From Folioceros fuciformis (taxonomy: Eukaryota), in assembly GCA_049999805.1 (NCBI GenBank), contig JBNGIO010006223.1:286743-327355 (forward strand): a stretch of DNA of 40,613 nucleotides, in the 5' to 3' direction. The notes beneath the pieces were generated by a model that had not been told where the DNA came from, did not search any database, and was given only the letters and a program-made list of their open reading frames with translations. Every line of letters starts with the position of its first letter. Positions within the stretch are counted from its first letter, which is position 1. The position numbers and the translations under genes were made by a program. Below, piece by piece: positions 1-12,785 of the stretch.

Positions 1-791
1 GAGACCTTCTTCGTTGTAACACCTTTGAGCTTTGTCACTTGAGTGAAAGGTGAATCATAAGAGTGATTGTCCTTGGATGTAGAAGGAGGAGTAGGGCCTC
101 TAACATGAGTTGTAGGGGTGGGATGTAAGAGGAGGAGAAGAGGCAGGAGGAGAGCTTGCTGGTGGGTTGTGATTGTGTGATGACTCACACACACCTTCAA
201 ACATCCCAGATGCCACACCTTCACAAATATGCGTTTCAGCTAAATCTACAAAGCCTGGGTCATGCGAGTTAGGCATTCCTACCACCTTTGGATTGTTCGA
301 CATGAAGGAATGCAGGGCTTCCCAAAAAGCCCACTCAGAAGCATACACTCCCGTGCCAAGCCTTTTGGCCTCTTGCTTATATTGCTTCATGAGGGAGTCC
401 ATTTTGTTGCGACATTGCAGACCTTTTGGCACAAATCCCATACAAGAGGATGAAATCTTGATTGCAATAGCGTCCCAATGGTGGGAGGCAAGGTTCCCTT
501 TGTGAAGATGGTTGACATACACCTCCTCCTCGTACGCTGAGATGAGAGCATGAGTGCTGTCTCTTGTCTATGCAACGACATTCTAGTTTCAAAGCCTAGG
601 AATCAACTTGTAGCCCAGATGCGTTTGGGACAAGTGCTAGTTGTGTTGCCAACATGCTGTATTGGGACAGCGGATCCATGGGGAACAGATTGGGCAACTT
701 CACGAACACTGTCCAGCACAAACAACGAAGAGTGAAGGAACCGTCCCCCACATACAGCGAAGGAAGAAGATGAGCCGGTGGTCACATGCAC
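1..791 (-). pseudogene. Myb/SANT-like (trihelix) DNA-binding protein, ORF1 of a PIF/Harbinger transposon; disrupted
   Basis: ORF 100..522 contains HWDAIAIKI...QCRNKMDSLMKQYKQE...SEWAFWEALHSFM, a trihelix Myb/SANT pattern. The upstream part is broken by a stop or frameshift, and the gene lies divergent to a Harbinger nuclease. Ends are approximate and it may continue off-window. Confidence 0.7.
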
Positions 792-1452
792 CCGAGATAT
801 ATCTTGGGTGCTTAAAAAAAAACATATGTCAAATGTTACGGGAAGGCCGCTCTGACATATACAGAGCTCTGTCCGTTAAAAGTAGGGTTGTTCCCTACTT
901 TTAATAGACGAAGCTCCATTTCCTTTTAAAAGATCATTCTGTGGACTACATGACGGACAGAGGTGTTCCAATATTTAATGTAAGTAGCCCTACAAACGTC
1001 ATTCCAGAGGCAGATTCAAGTGGTTGGCCACCTTCTTCATTTTGTTTCGAATTTTGCATCCGATTTGATAAGTAAGATCGGATTTTCCTTCACTATGATT
1101 AGTAGCCACATTCAGACTTGTAGACGGCAATAGCCGTATGGTGATTTATCGCATTCTCCCCCACAGGACCAGGCATCTCAACCATACATGTTGGGATAGA
1201 CAACTAAATGCTCTATCTAGTTTGACAGTTAGGTGGTTGATAGTGGCAGGCTTAGAACCAGTTCGCATGAGTCTCAACTCGGACTCGGCTAATTTGCTCG
1301 GGTCAGAGTTCGGGTGTTCACATCTATTACAAAATCTGGACCCGTCTAAACGCCATATGCTGGTCTCATAGTATGTCAACCGGAATAGCAGGTTTTGGAG
1401 ATGTGAGACAAACTTTCTGTTCTTGTCCGTGAAGGTGTAAGAGCACCGAGCT

Positions 1453-2530
1453 ATGGATGCATCTATGCTGGAAACAATACTACCATTTTTGGTCCCTGTT
1501 ATAGCTGCACTCGTAACTATGCTTGAAGATCTAAAGCGCCTTCCAGATTTGGATGATACTACTTGGGTTACGTCCAATTTGGTAACTCGACAACTAGAGG
1601 TCATGAATTTAGAGGTTCAGGCAACAATCCTTGGACTGAATGGCTGCATAGGACTTCTTGCCTCCTTCCATAGAATCCCTCCAAGCTTGTGGTATGGATT
1701 GGAGTATGATGCCTACTACATCAAGCCTCATGTCAAGGATTTTTCGCTTTTGTATGAAGGTGTTGTTGCTGTTATAGATGAAGCTAGATTCAAGCGGTTT
1801 GTTTGATTCAAGCCAAGCTCATTCACGTACATCTATGGATTGGTAAGTCTTGAGATGCTCACTCAACGAGTTGATGGGTTCGGCAGCATACCAGATAGAA
1901 TCCTGGATATTGATAAACAGGCTGTTGTGGCTATACAAAGATAAGCAATTGGAGATAGTTACTTCAGTTTGGGTGAATTGTTTGGTCTTGGCACTAGCAC
2001 TGTTCACAATGTTTGCATGAGATTTGTGAGGGCCCTTCTCATTTGTGGTAAAGTCCACTTGGCATGGCCTAGTGACCAAGGTCTGACTTTGGTCAAAGAA
2101 GGGTTTCTCAGAATGCATGGAATTCCAAATTGCTGAAGAGCCATCGATGCTAATCACTTTGAGGTGGAACTTGGAGCTCAGAAATTTGACAAAGATTGGT
2201 ATGGAAGGCACAACATTTACACTATGGCTATGCAAGCCATTGAAGGACCTGATAGGCAGTTTTTAGATATCGTAATTGGCTGGCCAGGTAGTGTGAATGA
2301 CGCTTGAATTTTCAGGAACTCTAGCTTTTACAAAGCTATCTTTTGTGGTACAAGATTGCATAGGCCTGCAATTTTTTTGCCACGTGGGTTTGTGCGGGAA
2401 TTTCTTTAAGGAGATGCCAACTACCCTGATATGCCTTGGCTGATCACACCAGTACCAAAACGAGGATTGAATACAAAGTGTGATCTATTCAATTACAAGC
2501 AGTCCTCGAAATGGTCTTCTGAAAGTCACT
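1453..2530 (+). pseudogene. PIF/Harbinger DDE transposase (DDE_Tnp_4/HARBI1-like) pseudogene
   Basis: Read-through translation gives ARFKRFV*F...GDSYFSLGELFGLGTSTVHNVCMRFVRAL...HGIPNC/AIDANHF...MQAIEGPDRQFLDIVIGWPGSVNDA*IFRNS...GDANYPDMPWLITP...FNYKQSS. These are the Harbinger GxIDxTH, GWPGSxHDxRV and GDxxYP motifs, with several in-frame stops and frameshifts. Confidence 0.85.
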
Positions 2531-3229
2531 GATTCTTTTGTAATATGTGAAGAGAGCCTCTTACTTGTTCTGGCATTGGGTAGCTGTCCGAGTGACACCG
2601 TGACCGAGGCACTGGGCTGCCTAACGTTTGGCTCCCAGTTAGGTCCTCTCTTTGCTCCCTCCAGCCTGATATTTGTCCATATCATTCCTTCTTGCAGGTT
2701 GCAATACTACCAATTCTTCCGTTCTCTAATGCCTATGCGATTTCTTGGGAGGCCGATGTGACAGATCTTGTGAGAATGGTTGGCCTAGATCGAAGTGCGG
2801 CTGAGAAAATGATACATTAGACAGATTGCTAGGCTATGGCAGCTCAGATCCATTTCTGGTTGTAGAAGGAGATATGAAATTCGTACAAGACACAAACAGG
2901 GAAGACATTTCGAAGTGTGCACGATTCTACAAGAAGGCACAAAGGAAATGAATGTGAATGAGCATGAAACTAAGAGCCTGGGAGAGGGAAGGAAGAGAGA
3001 GATACTTGACCGGCCAAGCCAAAATCTGACTTGGAACTCCAATACGGTAGCATTAAAAAAAAAACCTTGTTCTGTAAATGGGGAACTTGGCCTCAACTAC
3101 TTTTTTTGGGTGGTTGGGTAATTCACGTTTCGTTGTTTACCATAGCCCGGATCTAGGCTCACGCTAAATTGCCCTTAGCATGTAAGCTTTCATAGGATGT
3201 CTAAACTAGACCAAAGGAGTTACATGTAA

Positions 3230-3720
3230 GGTCCATGGGAGGATTGGAGTGCCTACGGCCCTCTTAACGTAGAGTGTAAGGATTAGGGTTCTTGGAAGCT
3301 CTAGGAGCCTAGAGGGAGAGGATTGGGGAACCTATTGGGGGGGATTGGGGTGCCTATAGGCTCAAGGGACCATAAAGTGCGAGGATTGAGGAGTACAGAG
3401 TACAAGGATTGAGGAGCACATAGTACAACGATCATAGGTGATAGAATTGTGAAGATCGGAGTATTTACAAGCTCTAGAATGGTGGAGTGTGAGAATTACG
3501 GTATGTATAGGCTTTGAGAGCATAGTTTAGAGTATTAGGACTGAATGAATGTAAGGTGTGGGAGACTAGAGTATAAGGATTAGGGCCCTTGAAAGGGTTT
3601 GTGGAGGTGATTGATGGAAGAAAGCTAAGCTTATGGCTTCAGTAAAGGTGAGGGATTGAGGTGCTTGAAAGGGTTTGTGGAGGAGATTGATGGAAGAAAG
3701 TTAAGCTTATGCCTTAGGTA
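3230..3720 (+). repeat. Degenerate purine/G-rich tandem repeats, including a ~47-bp direct duplication
   Basis: Recurrent GGATTGG(A/G)GTGCCTA and AAGGATT motifs. TTGAAAGGGTTTGTGGAG(G/A)..TTGATGGAAGAAAG(C/T)TAAGCTTATG occurs at ~3589-3635 and ~3665-3711. Confidence 0.55.
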
Positions 3721-4618
3721 AAGACAAGGAGGTCTTTTAATCTCTTGTACACTTAGGGACTCTATGTGGAATGAAGAGCAATTCTATGGCTTATGGACTC
3801 TATATGGAATGAAGAGCTATTCCACGTAGAGTCGATAAGCTACAAATGTGCTAAACTTATGCCTTCTTCAGAAGATTGGATCATTTGGAGACTTGGTGAC
3901 ATAGGGGTTATCACTTTTAATCACGCATTTGATCTTTCTAGCTGTGAAGAAATGTCACTCATAGATGGAGTTTACAATGTAATTTCAAAGTACGTAACCT
4001 TGTGCAATTCAACTCTTAAGCAAGAGGGAGATAGAGGTCATGCAGAAGGGCCGAGAGCAAGCCAAAGACCAACACAAGGAAAAATGTATGGTGGTGGAAA
4101 AAAAATATGGTGTCTTGGGGATATGTCTAAGGGGTTGTGCAAGAACCTAACCCTTGGTCGAACATGAAACCTACATAGATATTGTTTGCCCATGAGGGAA
4201 CACTCTCACTTCGAAGTCCCCGGACGGAGAGAAACAAAAGGGCCCCTTGGCCGGCCTCGGATAAGGAACCCCTTGCAAGATAACTAAACAAATAGAGATT
4301 AAAGTACTAAGTAGCATGAAGGAAAACTCCATTCCCAATTGAGCGCAATATAGGTACTTTTCTTTCTTCTGTATCACAGCCATCCACGTCACCAACGATG
4401 CCTTGATGGCTGTGGATAAAATATCTATGTGGTAGCAGAGCTTGTGTGGGCAAGCACTCCAAGGTTATGTGAGTTTCTAGTGGCTTCCAGTAGGTGCTGC
4501 CAACAAGGAACAAGGAACAAGCAAGCACATCTCCGTATACAGGCCTGGCGAAGAAGTTGTGAGTGCAACTCATTGTGCTCGAGTGATCGCTTTCTAGGGA
4601 CACGATTACAGGCGAGGT

Positions 4619-5444
4619 ATGGCTTCGGCTATCGTGGCTGCGTCTGTGCGTTTGGGGCTCACGGGTGGAACAGGAACAGGGGCACCCGCATTGCGGGTGC
4701 CGTCTAGTCAGCGGTGCGACAATCACAGGGCCGGATCTCCCGTCATGGCCACCTGCTCCATGGGGTCAGGGGATAATGAGAGCGCACAAGGCAGTAGTGG
4801 CAGGTGGGGGATGCTTGGCTGAGTGTGGATTGCATTCGCATGCGCAGTCGAGAGGTGGCAAGGTTGCACAATTGACAGGTCACACTTCATTTGCCCCTGC
4901 AGTGTCAGCAGACCGTGCGACATCCTAGGGAGGACTGCTTTTGCGGCTGTGGCAGCTGCGCTGCTGCTCGTTTCTCCTGGCGATGCACTAGCTGCCACTG
5001 GTGGTCGTGTGGGGGGATCGACTGTCAAGTCGTCGCAAAGATCGGCGCCCCCTCCCTCCCGGACTTACAACAGTTCTTCTAGGTCAATCAAAATCGTTGA
5101 GATGCGTATGGTCACTGCCCGTGGTGTGACTTGCCAAGGCTGATGTCACTGGGACACTGGTACTGAAGCTGCTGCTGGCAATGGCATGCAGGACGAACAT
5201 CTACATCCAGCCTCCCCCTCTGGTCGGTCCGCCACCCGTAGTGATCGCTCCTCCAGCCTATGGCTACGGCTTTGGCTTTGGTGGATTCGGCGTCCCCTTC
5301 TTCAGCCCTGCACCGCCGGTTGTGGTTGCCCCATCCTTAGCTATCGGGTTCAGTTTGTTCGACTTGCTGCCCTTTGTTGTGTTCCTTGCCGTGATCGGCA
5401 TCGTATCAAGTTTGTTCAGGCGAAGGAACGACTACGACGATTGA
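4619..5444 (+). CDS. Small plastid-targeted Gly/Pro-rich membrane protein, At5g57345 (OxR)-like / DUF1517 N-terminus-like; 3 exons
   Basis: Exons 4619-4803, 4903-5082 and 5192-5444 join in frame via GT-AG introns. The product has a transit-peptide-like N-terminus (MASAIVAASVRL), ALAATGGRVGGS, RTNIYIQPPP, GYGFGFGGFG, a C-terminal TM helix and an acidic RRRNDYDD tail. Confidence 0.8.
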
Positions 5445-6534
5445 ATAAAGCAAATAGTTGCTCTGAAATCCTGCTTTCTCTGCGTCCCGTGCCTGTTCTG
5501 CAGCAGCTCTCTCGAACTAGTGTCAAGCATTGTGAAACCGTGAGCCACTGGTTGCACCAATAGCGGCTACTCGACCGCGTCTTGCTGCCCCGAACCAAAG
5601 CGCGCCTGTCCCCCGACGATCGAGCCTACCGATTTCATCCACGCTTACCCAGCCCGGGGCTCAGCATGTGGTGTAGCACCGAGCAACAAGGTTGTCAACA
5701 TGGTTCCACATCTGCTTGCAACCTTTTTCCAACACATCGCAGTGAACTGCTGCACCGCCATTCCTGGAAGCCGCTCCCTGGCCAGAAGGAGCAACCGCTC
5801 TTCAAGCTTACTTGCGTCACAGAATTGCAGGCAAGGTCGCAGCTTCGAAGGCTCCCTCCACGTAGGTGCTGCTACGATGGAAGCAGCCGACGTGGCTGCA
5901 ATACCCTGACGCCAACGATGAACAGAGAGAGACGGAGAGGATCCGTGTTGCGTAGCGTAGCGTAGCGGTACAGGTACCAACACACCACACCGGCCGGAAT
6001 ATCTCTAACCGGAGCACCTTCCGGTTCAGGTACGCAAACCTTCCCCGGCCTGGGTAAGGTTGGATAAGCTTAAAGAGGGGTGAGAAGGGGAGGCGGAGGC
6101 TCGCACTCATGCCAAGTCACGGGTCGGGTTGGGGTAAAAGCAACCGGAATTGCCCGGTAGTGTGGTGGAGCTACGTTTCCCTTTTTCCAGAACTCGCGTG
6201 GCGCTGTGGGGCTAACTTGTTTTTCGCTTCCCCAGATACATGTGTACACATCCTATAAATCTACCGTCGCACCTACACCTGCCGCAGTGGGTAGGGACTG
6301 TGACGAGCGCCGGCGCTGCCGAGGTATCTCCCTTCCTGCCTCACGGCTGCCTCACCTCAACGTTGCACCTCTCGCCTCGTAGTCGTGACTGCGCACCACT
6401 TTGTCGATTCGGTGTGTGTGTATTGCGTTAGGGTGGCCGCAATCCACCTTGCTTTCAACTCTTGTTTCCGTGTGTGCGCAGGAATGAGCGGCTGCTGAAC
6501 ACTACAGCACCATCACCGCACTCGGTGAACAAGC

Positions 6535-9500
6535 ATGGCCGCCGCACTGCAGCACTCGGCGGCGCTTTCTGCCGGACCGGCTGGGCTTTACCGCGGGGAC
6601 GTCTCCCGGAGTATGACCACCTCTGTGGCTACCACGTCCAGAGCTTCTCACCATATGCTGTCCCAGCCGTCCTTGTCCATTGCCCAGGGTGTGAGGGCTC
6701 ACCATGGCCCCAGGACGCTCTCAGGCGGGCGCCTCAACAAGCAAGTTAGGTCTTTTGCCAAGGCCTGGTGTTCCTCCCCTGCCTCCTCCATGCAATCGTT
6801 CTCAGGTATGCACCGGACCACACTTGTGGATACCCTAGGGGGCCGGAAGGAGAAGGATTTTCATGCCACTGTCGCCGCCCACGTCGCTGCCCCCGCTGGT
6901 CTGGACGGATCCCACCGTGGAGTTGTGGTGGCCATGTTTGAGCGCTTCACCGAGAAGGCCATCAAGGTCATCATGCTGGCGCAAGAGGAAGCTAGACGCT
7001 TGGGGCACAACTTCGTCGGGACCGAGCAAATTTTGCTTGGTTTGATTGGCGAAGGTACGGGGATTGCTGCCAAAGTCCTCAAGTCGATGGGCGTGAATTT
7101 GAAGGAAGCCCGGGTTGAGGTTGAGAAGATCATCGGACGTGGAAGTGGATTTGTTGCTGTGGAGATTCCTTTCACCCCCCGTGCGAAGCGTGTCCTTGAG
7201 CTGTCCCTAGAGGAGGCCCGGCAGCTAGGTGTGCCTTTCTTAACTCTCTAGATTTGTAGGCTGTTTTAATCTTCGTTTAAACCCTCTCTCACGTTGTGCC
7301 TTCCGCATCCTGGCAGGCCACAACTACATTGGTACAGAACATCTCTTGCTCGGCCTGCTGCGTGAAGGAGAGGGTGTGGCCGCCAGAGTTCTAGAGAACC
7401 TGGGAGCAGATTCTGGCAACATCAGAACTCAGGCAATTACTTGCCTGCTCTATGAACTAGATGATCAGAGTCTTCCTTCTCTTCCTCACGTGTGAACCAC
7501 GTCGGTCGTCTCCCTGCAGGTAATCAGAATGGTTGGAGAGAGCACTGAGGCTGTCGGCGCTGGAGTGGGACCTGGGAGCAGTGGCAGCACCAAGATGCCG
7601 ACTTTGGAGGAGTATGGAACTAACTTGACCAAGCTTGCCGAAGATGTGAGCCCTTTCACACTGTCTCTTACCGTGCACATTTTTTAACTCTCGCCATTGC
7701 ATTCGCTGCGCTACTCACACTCCAGGTCACGTGCAGGGTAAGCTCGATCCTGTTGTTGGAAGGCAAGCTCAGATCGAGCGAGTGACCCAAATTCTGGGTC
7801 GTCGGACCAAGAACAATCCTTGCCTCATTGGTGAGCCTGGCGTGGGTAAGACGGCTATTGCAGAAGGCCTGGCTCAGCGAATTGCGTCTGGGGATGTGCC
7901 GGAAACGATTGAGGGGAAAAAGGTTCATGTGATACGCCTTCTTCTTTGCGGTTGTCATTTTCTTCTTATTTTTTGTGCCTAACTGTCAGGTATGTTCAGG
8001 TTATCACCCTGGACATGGGGCTTCTTGTGGCCGGAACTAAATATCGAGGAGAATTCGAGGAGAGGCTGAAGAAGTTGATGGAGGAGATCAAACAAGCTGA
8101 TGACATAATCCTCGTCATTGATGAGGTGCATACGCTTATTGGTGCTGGTGCAGCCGAAGGCGCAATCGATGCTGCCAACATTCTAAAGCCTGCCCTTGCC
8201 CGAGGAGAACTCCAGGTAATTGTTGATCTGGTCTTGAAAAGATGTGGTCCTCCCATTGGCAATGGTGCATTCCTGGTGTATTCATTGTTGACTCATGTTG
8301 CAACACGCTGATATCTGTCTCCACAGTGTATTGGTGCCACCACTTTGGACGAATACAGGAAACATATTGAGAAGGATCCTGCATTGGAGCGGCGATTCCA
8401 GCCTGTCTTAGTTCCGGAACCAAGCGTTGACGAAACTATACAGATCTTGCACGGCTTACGAGAACGCTATGAAATCCATCATAAGCTCAGATATACTGAC
8501 GAAGCCCTAGTGGCAGCTGCCCAGCTTTCTTACCAATATATCAGGTTGATTGATAGATCTGTTATAGAATTTACCACTGTTTTGACTTCATACAAATTCC
8601 CTGCCTAAAACTGTGAAGCCATTGTCCAGTGACCGGTTCCTACCAGATAAGGCTATTGACCTTATTGATGAAGCTGGTTCACGGGTCCGACTGCGCTATG
8701 CACAGGTTAGCTGCTTTTTTGGGGTTTGTTTGCATGACTTGTCTCAGTATGCAAGTTAGTACGAGAAGACTTTGAGCAGAGGTAGTGCAGCCTTGTTTTG
8801 TGGGGGGAGCCTCGCTCGCAGGGCTTGACGAGTGTGCTATGGTCTCTGCATAGTGTCACTGACGTAAATTTAATGTGTATGCCGACAGCTCCCAGAAGAA
8901 GCTAGAGAGCTCGACAAAGAGCTGAGACAGATCACGAAGGAGAAGAATGAAGCTGTTCGTGGTCAAGATTTTGAGAAGGTACTGTTAAAGCTCTTTACAT
9001 GCTGTATACCATGTGTATCAAATATTGCATACTGATTTCTGCTGGGGTGTTGCAGGCAGGAGAGTTGCGAGATCGGGAAATGGAGTTGAAGGCCCAAATT
9101 TCAGCTATTACTGAGAAAGGCAAGGAGAAGTCAAAGGCTGAGAGTGAAGCTGGTGACACTGGCCCAACTGTCACAGAGGCAGATATCCAGCATATTGTTT
9201 CAGCATGGACTGGAATTCCTGTGGAAAAGGTTTCCACTGATGAATCCGACAGGCTGTTGAAGATGGAGGAAACTCTCCACCAGCGTGTTATAGGCCAGGA
9301 TGAAGCAGTGAAGGCAATCAGTAGGGCCATTCGCCGTGCTCGTGTGGGTCTGAAGAATCCCAACCGCCCTATTGCAAGCTTCATTTTTTCAGGTCCTACT
9401 GGTGTTGGGAAGTCTGAGCTTGCGAAGGCTTTGGCCTCTTATTACTTCGGTTCAGAAGAAGCCATGGTCAGGCTTGATATGAGTGAGTTTATGGAGAGGC

Positions 9501-10243
9501 ATACAGTGTCAAAGCTGATTGGATCACCTCCAGGTTATGTTGGTTACACGGAAGGAGGGCAGCTTACGGAAGCGGTTCGCAGACGCCCATACACAGTCGT
9601 GCTCTTTGATGAGATAGAAAAGGCTCACCCAGACGTCTTCAATATGATGTTGCAGATCTTAGAGGATGGAAGATTAACCGACAGCAAGGGCCGTACTGTC
9701 GACTTTAAAAATACCCTGTTGATAATGACTTCGAATGTCGGAAGTAGTGTGATTGAGAAGGGTGGTGGTGGAATTGGGTTCCAGCTGGATTATGGGGAGA
9801 AGGATAGCAGCTATAACAGGATCAAAAGTCTGGTGAATGAGGAACTGAAGCAGTATTTCAGGCCAGAGTTCCTGAATCGTCTGGATGAGATCATTGTGTT
9901 CCGCCAACTGACCAAGATTGAAGTCAAGGAAATTGCGGATATTATGCTGAAAGAGGTGTTTGAGCGGTTGAAAAAGAAGGAAATTGATTTGCAGGTGACT
10001 GAAAGGTTTAGAGACAGGGTTGTGGACGAAGGTTACAGTCCGAGTTATGGAGCTCGGCCCCTGCGTAGGGCAATCATGAGGCTTTTGGAGGACAGTATGG
10101 CAGAGAGAATGTTGGCAGGGGAGATCAAGGAGGGGGACTCCGCAATTATTGATGTTGATGCCGAAGGTGGTGTCATCGTGCTGAATGGGACCACCGGAAC
10201 ATCCTCAAGTACGTCCATCGAGGCTCCAGCTGGTATTGCATGA
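6535..10243 (+). CDS. clpC: Chloroplast ATP-dependent Clp protease chaperone subunit ClpC (Hsp93); 9 exons
   Basis: Transit peptide followed by [32 protein letters not shown], with Walker A motifs GEPGVGKT and GPTGVGKS and the [10 protein letters not shown] motif. Exons: 6535-7228, 7317-7432, 7520-7645, 7737-7922, 8000-8215, 8327-8544, 8630-8705, 8889-8978, 9056-10243. Confidence 0.97.
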
Positions 10244-11189
10244 GTTAACTGATAGGGAATCTATGTGTTCTTGTGCAGAGGGTTTGGCCAGCTTTGTAAA
10301 ACAGGTTGCTGTAGTGGTACTTTCCTAGGGGGGCCTGCTGCGTTTGTGATAAGTCAAATCATGGCTACCTGTAGTTTGACGTGATAAAGCAAAGGTAGGG
10401 TGTTATCATCCGCTTGTTGAGTAGGATGGCTTCTGGGATTGTTTTGCCTAACTAGGTAGCGGCAAGGAGCTGTCAAATCATTGCAGCATGATCCTTGTGT
10501 GGTTTATGATTGTAGATCTGCGGATGGTCAGACTGTAGACACGGAGACCGTTTGTGGCCTCGATTGTATTGGTACCAATTTTGGTATCCTTGGACAGAAA
10601 GACTGTCGTATCTCCTAGCAGGTTATTTGATATATACTGATCCCATGCAGAGGGGCCATTTTCTTGTCTCATTTGCACTGCGTTAACATATTGCTCCCGT
10701 ACAGAGAAGAGACTGCACTTTTGCGTCGCACGCCTCATCAAGAATAAAGAACAGATATACAAATGAGATGGAATACTTATCTCCCTTAAGTGATTCCGAA
10801 GAATCGGAAGAAGACGAATAATTTGGAGAGGGTCGAAAGTAAAACTAGTTCGAGACAGTTCCTTCGGGAAGCGCCAGGCCGAAAGTCAATGAAAAGAGGA
10901 ATTTTCCTCAGAAAGGGCAGGGCCGGAAGAAAAGTAATAATGGTTAGAAAAAAGGAGTCTCTCTGAATTTGAAAAGGATGGGTCAAAANNNNNNNNNNNN
11001 NNNNNNNNNNNNNNNNNNNNNNNNNNNNNNNNNNNNNNNNNNNNNNNNNNNNNNNNNNNNNNNNNNNNNNNNNNNNNNNNNNNNNNNNAGAAAAAAGGAG
11101 TCTCTCTGAATTTGAAAAGGATGGGTCAAAATAAAACTGATTTGGGTCGAATCTTTCCAAGTCCAAAAGAAAATGGTCGAATCTTTTCA

Positions 11190-12785
11190 AGGCCAAAAGA
11201 AAACTAACAAGAGGCATCTCTCTAGAAAGGGCTGGGCTGAAAGAAAACTATCAAGAGGGATCTCCTCTGAAAAAGGCCGGGCTCAAAGAAAACTATCAAG
11301 AGGCATATCCCCGAAAAAGGTCGGGCTTAAAAAAAATTGTCCAGAGGGATCTCCTTGGAAAAGGTCAAGCTCAAAGAAAACTATCCAAAGGGATCTCCTC
11401 CAAAGGGGCAATCCAAAGGGATCTCCTCCAAAGGGGCATGGCCCAAAGAAAACTATTAAGAGGATTACTATGAAAAAGGCCAGGCTGAAAAAAAAAACTA
11501 ATAAGAGGGGTCTCCATGGTGAAAGCTGGGCTGAAGACAAGACCTAAAGAGCTTCAAAGAAAAAAACTGGAGAGGGTTGAAAAAAAATAATCAAAAAAGG
11601 ATAATACATGAAGGGATGAGACTCTTAAAGGGTTGAAAAAAGAGACCCATAGAGGGTTGAAAGAACATAATCAAAAGGGGATAAGACATGAGGAGATGAG
11701 ACTCTTAGAGGGTTGAAAAAAAATAAACAAGAGGAATACGATTTCAAGGGAGGGGATTCTTAGAGGGGTGAAATAAAATAAACAAGAGGATAAGACCGGA
11801 GGGGACGGAGACTCGGAGAGGGTTCAAAGAAAGTAAACAAGAGAGGATAAGACTCAAGGGGACAAGACCCAAGGAGTATTGAAAAAAAATAAACAAGAAG
11901 GGATACATTCTTGGAGAGGGTTAGGTTGAAAGAAACAAACAGGAGGGGGATGAGACCCAGAGAGGACTAGGCAAACAGAAAATTAACAAGATGGGACGAG
12001 ACGTGGAAAGGGTTGCAAGAAAATAAACAACAAGGATGAGTTTTGAGGGACAAGACCTAAAGAGGCCTAGGTCGGAAAAAACAAACAAAAGGTGGACTAG
12101 ACTTGGGGAGGGCTAGGGCCAAAGAAACAAATATGGGAGAGGAGACTTGAGTGGGCAAGACTCTACGAGGGCTGAGTCGGAAGAAACAAATAAGAGATGG
12201 GCAGGGCTGAAGGAAACAAATAAGAGGGGGATAAGACCCAAAGAGGGTTGGGCCAAAGAAACAAACATGAGGCGATGAGACCCAAAGAGAGTTGGGCCAA
12301 AGAAGCAAATAGGAGGGCAATGAGACCCAAAGAGGGCGGGCCAAAAGAAACAAACAAGAGGAAGATGAGACCTAGAGAGGGCCAAGTTAACAAAAAAATA
12401 ATAGAAGGGTATGAGACCTGGAGAGGGTTGAAAGAAAATAAACAAGAGGGGATGAGACTCGGAGAGGGTTAAAAGAAAATGAACAAGAGGGATGAGACTC
12501 TAGGGGACACTAATAGGAGGGCACGAGACCCAAAAGGTTTAAAGAAAACAAACATGAGGGGATGAGACTCCATGGGACAATACCTAGAGAGAGTTGGGTA
12601 GGAAGACACAAACAAAAGGGGTACAACACCCGAAGGGGGTTGAGCAAAAAAAACAAAACAAGAGGGGACCACACCTAGAGAGGGTTGGGTTGAAAGAAAC
12701 AAACAAGAGCAAGATGAGAACAGAAGAGGGTTGGGCTAAAAGAAACAAACAAAAGAGGGATAGACTCGGAGAGGGTTGGGCCGCC
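11190..12785 (+). repeat. Degenerate tandem array of ~44-46-bp purine-rich units (roughly 35 copies)
   Basis: Left units resemble AAAGAAAACTATCAAGAGGGATCTCCTCTGAAAAAGGCCGGGCT. These grade into AAAGAAACAAACAAGAGGGGATGAGACCCAAAGAGGGTTGGGCC on the right. The ORFs here are repeat artefacts. Confidence 0.85.

Larger units (their letters stand above)
1..2530. mobile_element. Decayed PIF/Harbinger DNA transposon (Myb ORF plus nuclease ORF, head-to-head)
   Basis: The two-gene architecture is typical of Harbinger elements. No TIRs were identified. Confidence 0.75.

Noticed and set aside
2530-3121. ORFs following the Harbinger nuclease
   Set aside because: No recognisable domains. This is probably a degraded insertion or intergenic DNA.
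5582-6110. Several 69-127-aa ORFs upstream of clpC
   Set aside because: They overlap on both strands with no motifs, and are probably UTR or promoter sequence.
10946-11130. Identical ~42-bp sequence on both sides of the N gap
   Set aside because: Most likely an unmerged contig overlap or collapsed repeat rather than biology.
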